A stretch of DNA of 41,626 nt, taken from positions 1 to 41,626 of the IMG/VR virus record IMGVR_UViG_3300046459_000234. The stretch is one strand, 5' to 3'. This document shows, one piece after another, positions 39,735 to 41,626 of this stretch (positions are counted from its first letter, which is position 1; each line of letters opens with the position of its first letter). This DNA comes from a virus. The translations under genes were made by a program, and so were the position numbers. The notes below the pieces were generated by a model, which saw only the letters and a list, made by a program, of their open reading frames with translations, ran no database searches and was not told the DNA's origin.

Positions 39735-41045
39735 TTACCAGTAGGCCGAGCGGTAGCGCACGGTCGCGGTCGCGGTGGGGTCGCCTGATGCGGCGCGGAA
39801 GTGCAGTTGCGAGACGCCCGGCGCGAGCGTGAACGTCTGCTCGGGCACGCTGCGCGGGGTCGCGGTGTAGATCCGCGAGGCGGTCGCGTTGAGCGTGACC
39901 GTGCCCGCCGCGGTGTCGACGGTGAGCACGTCCTCGGCCGTGAGCGGGATGTCGTATTCGAGTACGTCGCCGGTGCCCACGTTGGTGAGCGAGGGCCGTT
40001 CGACCGGGCCCCGGAACTCGATCACGGGGTGTGTCGAGGCGTCGCCGGCGTTGATCGCCGACAGGGCGCCGGTACTGCCCGGCGTGCCGAAGTCGAGCGG
40101 CCACGACAGGACGCCGGACGGGGAGCCGATCAGCAGCGACGACGTACCAATCGGGACGGGCGCGCCGAGGGCGGCGGGCAGCAGTACGACCGGCTGCACC
40201 CAGGCGGCGCCCGCGGGGGCGGACGCGGTGAACGTGGCCTCGCCGGCGTCGCCGGTCGAGTCGGCGAGGTACGCGCCGGTCGCGTCCCACCACCGAAGGA
40301 TGATCGTCGCGGCCTGGGCGGCGGCGAGTGCCGCGGTGAACGTGGCGGCGGCGCCAACGGTCACGGGCCACCCGTAGTCGCCGTGCGTCGAGGTCCACAC
40401 CAGTTCGCCGCCGGGGGTGAGCGGTCGCACGCTCACCGTGCCGACGTTGTCGCCGGCGAGGACGGGGTCGCCGTCCGTCCACCAGCGCCACAACTCGCCC
40501 ACGCCCGCGGCCTGGTCGTTGTTGAGGACCTGCTCGGGGTCGGTCTCCCACGTCAGGCCGCTTTCCGGCGCGGGCAGGGTCGCGGGTACGACCTGCTCGA
40601 CCAGGGCGTACCGGCGCGGGTCGGTCGCGACGAACTCGACCGCGCCGCCCGTGATCGTGCCGAGGCGGTAGCCAAGGGTCGCCGGCACGGCCCGGCGGGT
40701 TGCGCGCGCGTACGCGAGCAGGGGCCCGCGCTCGTCGAGCCACGCGACGAACGGGCGCTCGTCCTCGACCGGCACCGTGCCGCGGTTGAGGGCGGCGACG
40801 ACCGCGCCCACGGATGCTTGCGGGGCCCGGATGACCAGGCCGTCGAGGCCGATCGTCCGGGCCTGTGCGAGCAGGCCGCCGGGGAACGCGCCGTGTGCAT
40901 CGCTGCGCGGCACCGTTCCGGAGTCGAGGGCGGGAAGTTCCTCCCACCCCGTGATACCGCGCCACCGGTACGGCGTGCCGGCGCCGAGCAGTAGGTCGCC
41001 GTACTGCACCTGTCCGGGACGGGTGATCAGGGAACCGGGCGCCAT
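39735..41045 (-). CDS. Distal tail protein (Dit), enlarged
   Basis: ATG at 41045 lies 2 nt after the TMP stop. MAPGSLITRPGQVQYGDLLLG..YRWRGITGWEELPALDSGTVPRSDAHGAFPG.. is typical of siphovirus tail-family proteins. At 436 aa it is long. The Arg-rich 165-aa upstream part of the track ORF was trimmed. Confidence 0.8.
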   Translation of the reverse strand: MAPGSLITRPGQVQYGDLLLGAGTPYRWRGITGWEELPALDSGTVPRSDAHGAFPGGLLAQARTIGLDGLVIRAPQASVGAVVAALNRGTVPVEDERPFVAWLDERGPLLAYARATRRAVPATLGYRLGTITGGAVEFVATDPRRYALVEQVVPATLPAPESGLTWETDPEQVLNNDQAAGVGELWRWWTDGDPVLAGDNVGTVSVRPLTPGGELVWTSTHGDYGWPVTVGAAATFTAALAAAQAATIILRWWDATGAYLADSTGDAGEATFTASAPAGAAWVQPVVLLPAALGAPVPIGTSSLLIGSPSGVLSWPLDFGTPGSTGALSAINAGDASTHPVIEFRGPVERPSLTNVGTGDVLEYDIPLTAEDVLTVDTAAGTVTLNATASRIYTATPRSVPEQTFTLAPGVSQLHFRAASGDPTATATVRYRSAYW

Positions 41046-41047
41046 GG

Positions 41048-41626
41048 TCACCCCCTTGCCTTCGCGAGCCATGCGAGGGCCTTTGCGTTGTCGTCGGGGG
41101 TGCCGTTTTCTGCGGCGTGCCAGTGCTCGACGTGCACTGTCGCGCCGGACGCCGAGGCGGCAAACGGGTTTCCGTACGCGCCCATGCCCGCGCCCGCGAG
41201 GGCGGGCGAGAGGCCCGGAACAGAGGGAGGGGTCACCAGGCTGGACATTGCGCGGTCTACGGCGCCGGCGCCGCCCTCGATGCCCTTGACCAGGCCGGCG
41301 GGAATCCAGCGGCCCACGTCGCGCGCCATGACCTTGGACGGCGACGCGATGCCGAGGGCGTCGGCGATCGGGCCCGGAATCATGTTCTTCGCGAAGCTGA
41401 TCAACTGCGACTTGAGCCAACTGCCCATGCTCTTTACGCCGTTGAGTAGGCCGCGAACGATGTCCTTGCCCTTGTCGACCAGCAGCGAGCCGAGGTTCCC
41501 GATCGCCGAGCCGATACGGCCGGGCAGGCCGCGGGCCCACGCGATCGCCTCGCCGGCCTTCGTGATGATCGTTTCTTTGAACCGGGACAGGGCCGACCGT
41601 GCGCGCTCCGCGAGCTGTCCCGCGAG
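41048..41626 (-). CDS. Tape measure protein, C-terminal part (continuation of 1-1777)
   Basis: ..AIAWARGLPGRIGSAIGNLGSLLVDKGKDIVRGLLNGVKSMGSWLKSQLISFAKNMIPGPIADALGI.. with stop TGA at 41048. The frame is continuous with 1-1777 through the 127-bp overlap. Confidence 0.85.
   Translation of the reverse strand, partial: LAGQLAERARSALSRFKETIITKAGEAIAWARGLPGRIGSAIGNLGSLLVDKGKDIVRGLLNGVKSMGSWLKSQLISFAKNMIPGPIADALGIASPSKVMARDVGRWIPAGLVKGIEGGAGAVDRAMSSLVTPPSVPGLSPALAGAGMGAYGNPFAASASGATVHVEHWHAAENGTPDDNAKALAWLAKARG
41500..41626. repeat. Right copy of exact 127-bp terminal direct repeat
   Basis: Identical to bases 1-127. Confidence 0.97.

Larger units (their letters stand above)
1..41626. mobile_element. 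Complete genome of a temperate siphovirus-type phage (high-GC actinobacterial host), circularly closed
   Basis: Full head, tail and lysis modules are present, plus a lysogeny module (serine integrase, CI/Cro-like pair) and an early/replication module. The window ends overlap by an exact 127 bp. There are no housekeeping flanks. Confidence 0.85.

Noticed and set aside
41046-41540. N-terminal 165-aa extension of track ORF 39735-41540, and similar extensions on 37608-39704, 14423-16105, 18118-19431, 22567-23745, 30499-31221 and 31289-31894
   Set aside because: The extensions are Arg-rich and overlap the preceding gene in another frame. Internal ATG/GTG starts with SDs or 4-nt stop overlaps give sensible N-termini.
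1-41626. Search for tRNA, rRNA, CRISPR, transposase/IS, reverse transcriptase (retron/DGR) and toxin-antitoxin pairs
   Set aside because: I saw no cloverleaf-like AT-richer islands, repeat-spacer arrays, DDE/RT motifs or recognisable TA pairs on either strand. This absence is by eye only and should be confirmed with tRNAscan, Infernal and HMM tools.

Overview
The window is one complete, circularly closed genome of a temperate siphovirus-type phage from a high-GC actinobacterium. Codon usage is Streptomyces-like and the SSB ends in EPPF. The unique length is 41,499 bp, because bases 1-127 are identical to 41500-41626. The cut point lies inside the tape-measure gene, and that ORF reads in frame through the junction.

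Almost everything is on the minus strand:
- The late operon starts near 12.8 kb, runs down through position 1, wraps to 41.6 kb and ends at the lysis genes near 33.3 kb. Its order is small hairpin protein, TerS, TerL, portal, MuF, Rmf/CrpP-like mini-gene, scaffold, major capsid, connectors, major tail, G/GT chaperones (-1 frameshift at G_GGA_AAA), tape measure, Dit, three minor tail proteins, collagen-like tail fibre, endolysin, holin.
- The early/middle block runs from 25.66 kb down to 13.06 kb and is chained by ATGA/GTGA start-stop overlaps. It holds a Cro-like HTH, an ERF recombinase, a replication initiator with an iteron-type origin inside its own gene, an HNH nuclease, SSB, many small Cys-rich proteins, and HTH and RHH-like regulators.

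The plus strand carries a CI-like repressor, a membrane protein and a large serine integrase (25.86-28.50 kb). These are followed by cargo: an intact acyl-CoA ligase, and an XRE-TPR regulator divergent from a tightly coupled three-gene operon (RsbW-like HATPase, unknown protein, Cys-rich protein).

This cargo block (28.5-33.3 kb) sits between the probable attP and the lysis cassette and has visibly lower third-position GC. It is my best candidate for an undescribed system, either lysogenic conversion or defence.

Other points worth a second look:
- an Acb2/Tad1-like hairpin protein;
- a 431-aa early protein that copies the SSB C-terminal EPPF tip;
- a long C-terminal extension on MuF;
- a shared operator motif at two leftward promoters;
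- a promoter-plus-hairpin arrangement ahead of the late genes.

I saw no rRNA, tRNA, CRISPR array or transposase. Most long plus-strand ORFs in the track are high-GC antisense artefacts. All functional calls rest on motifs I recognise by eye; no database search was run.
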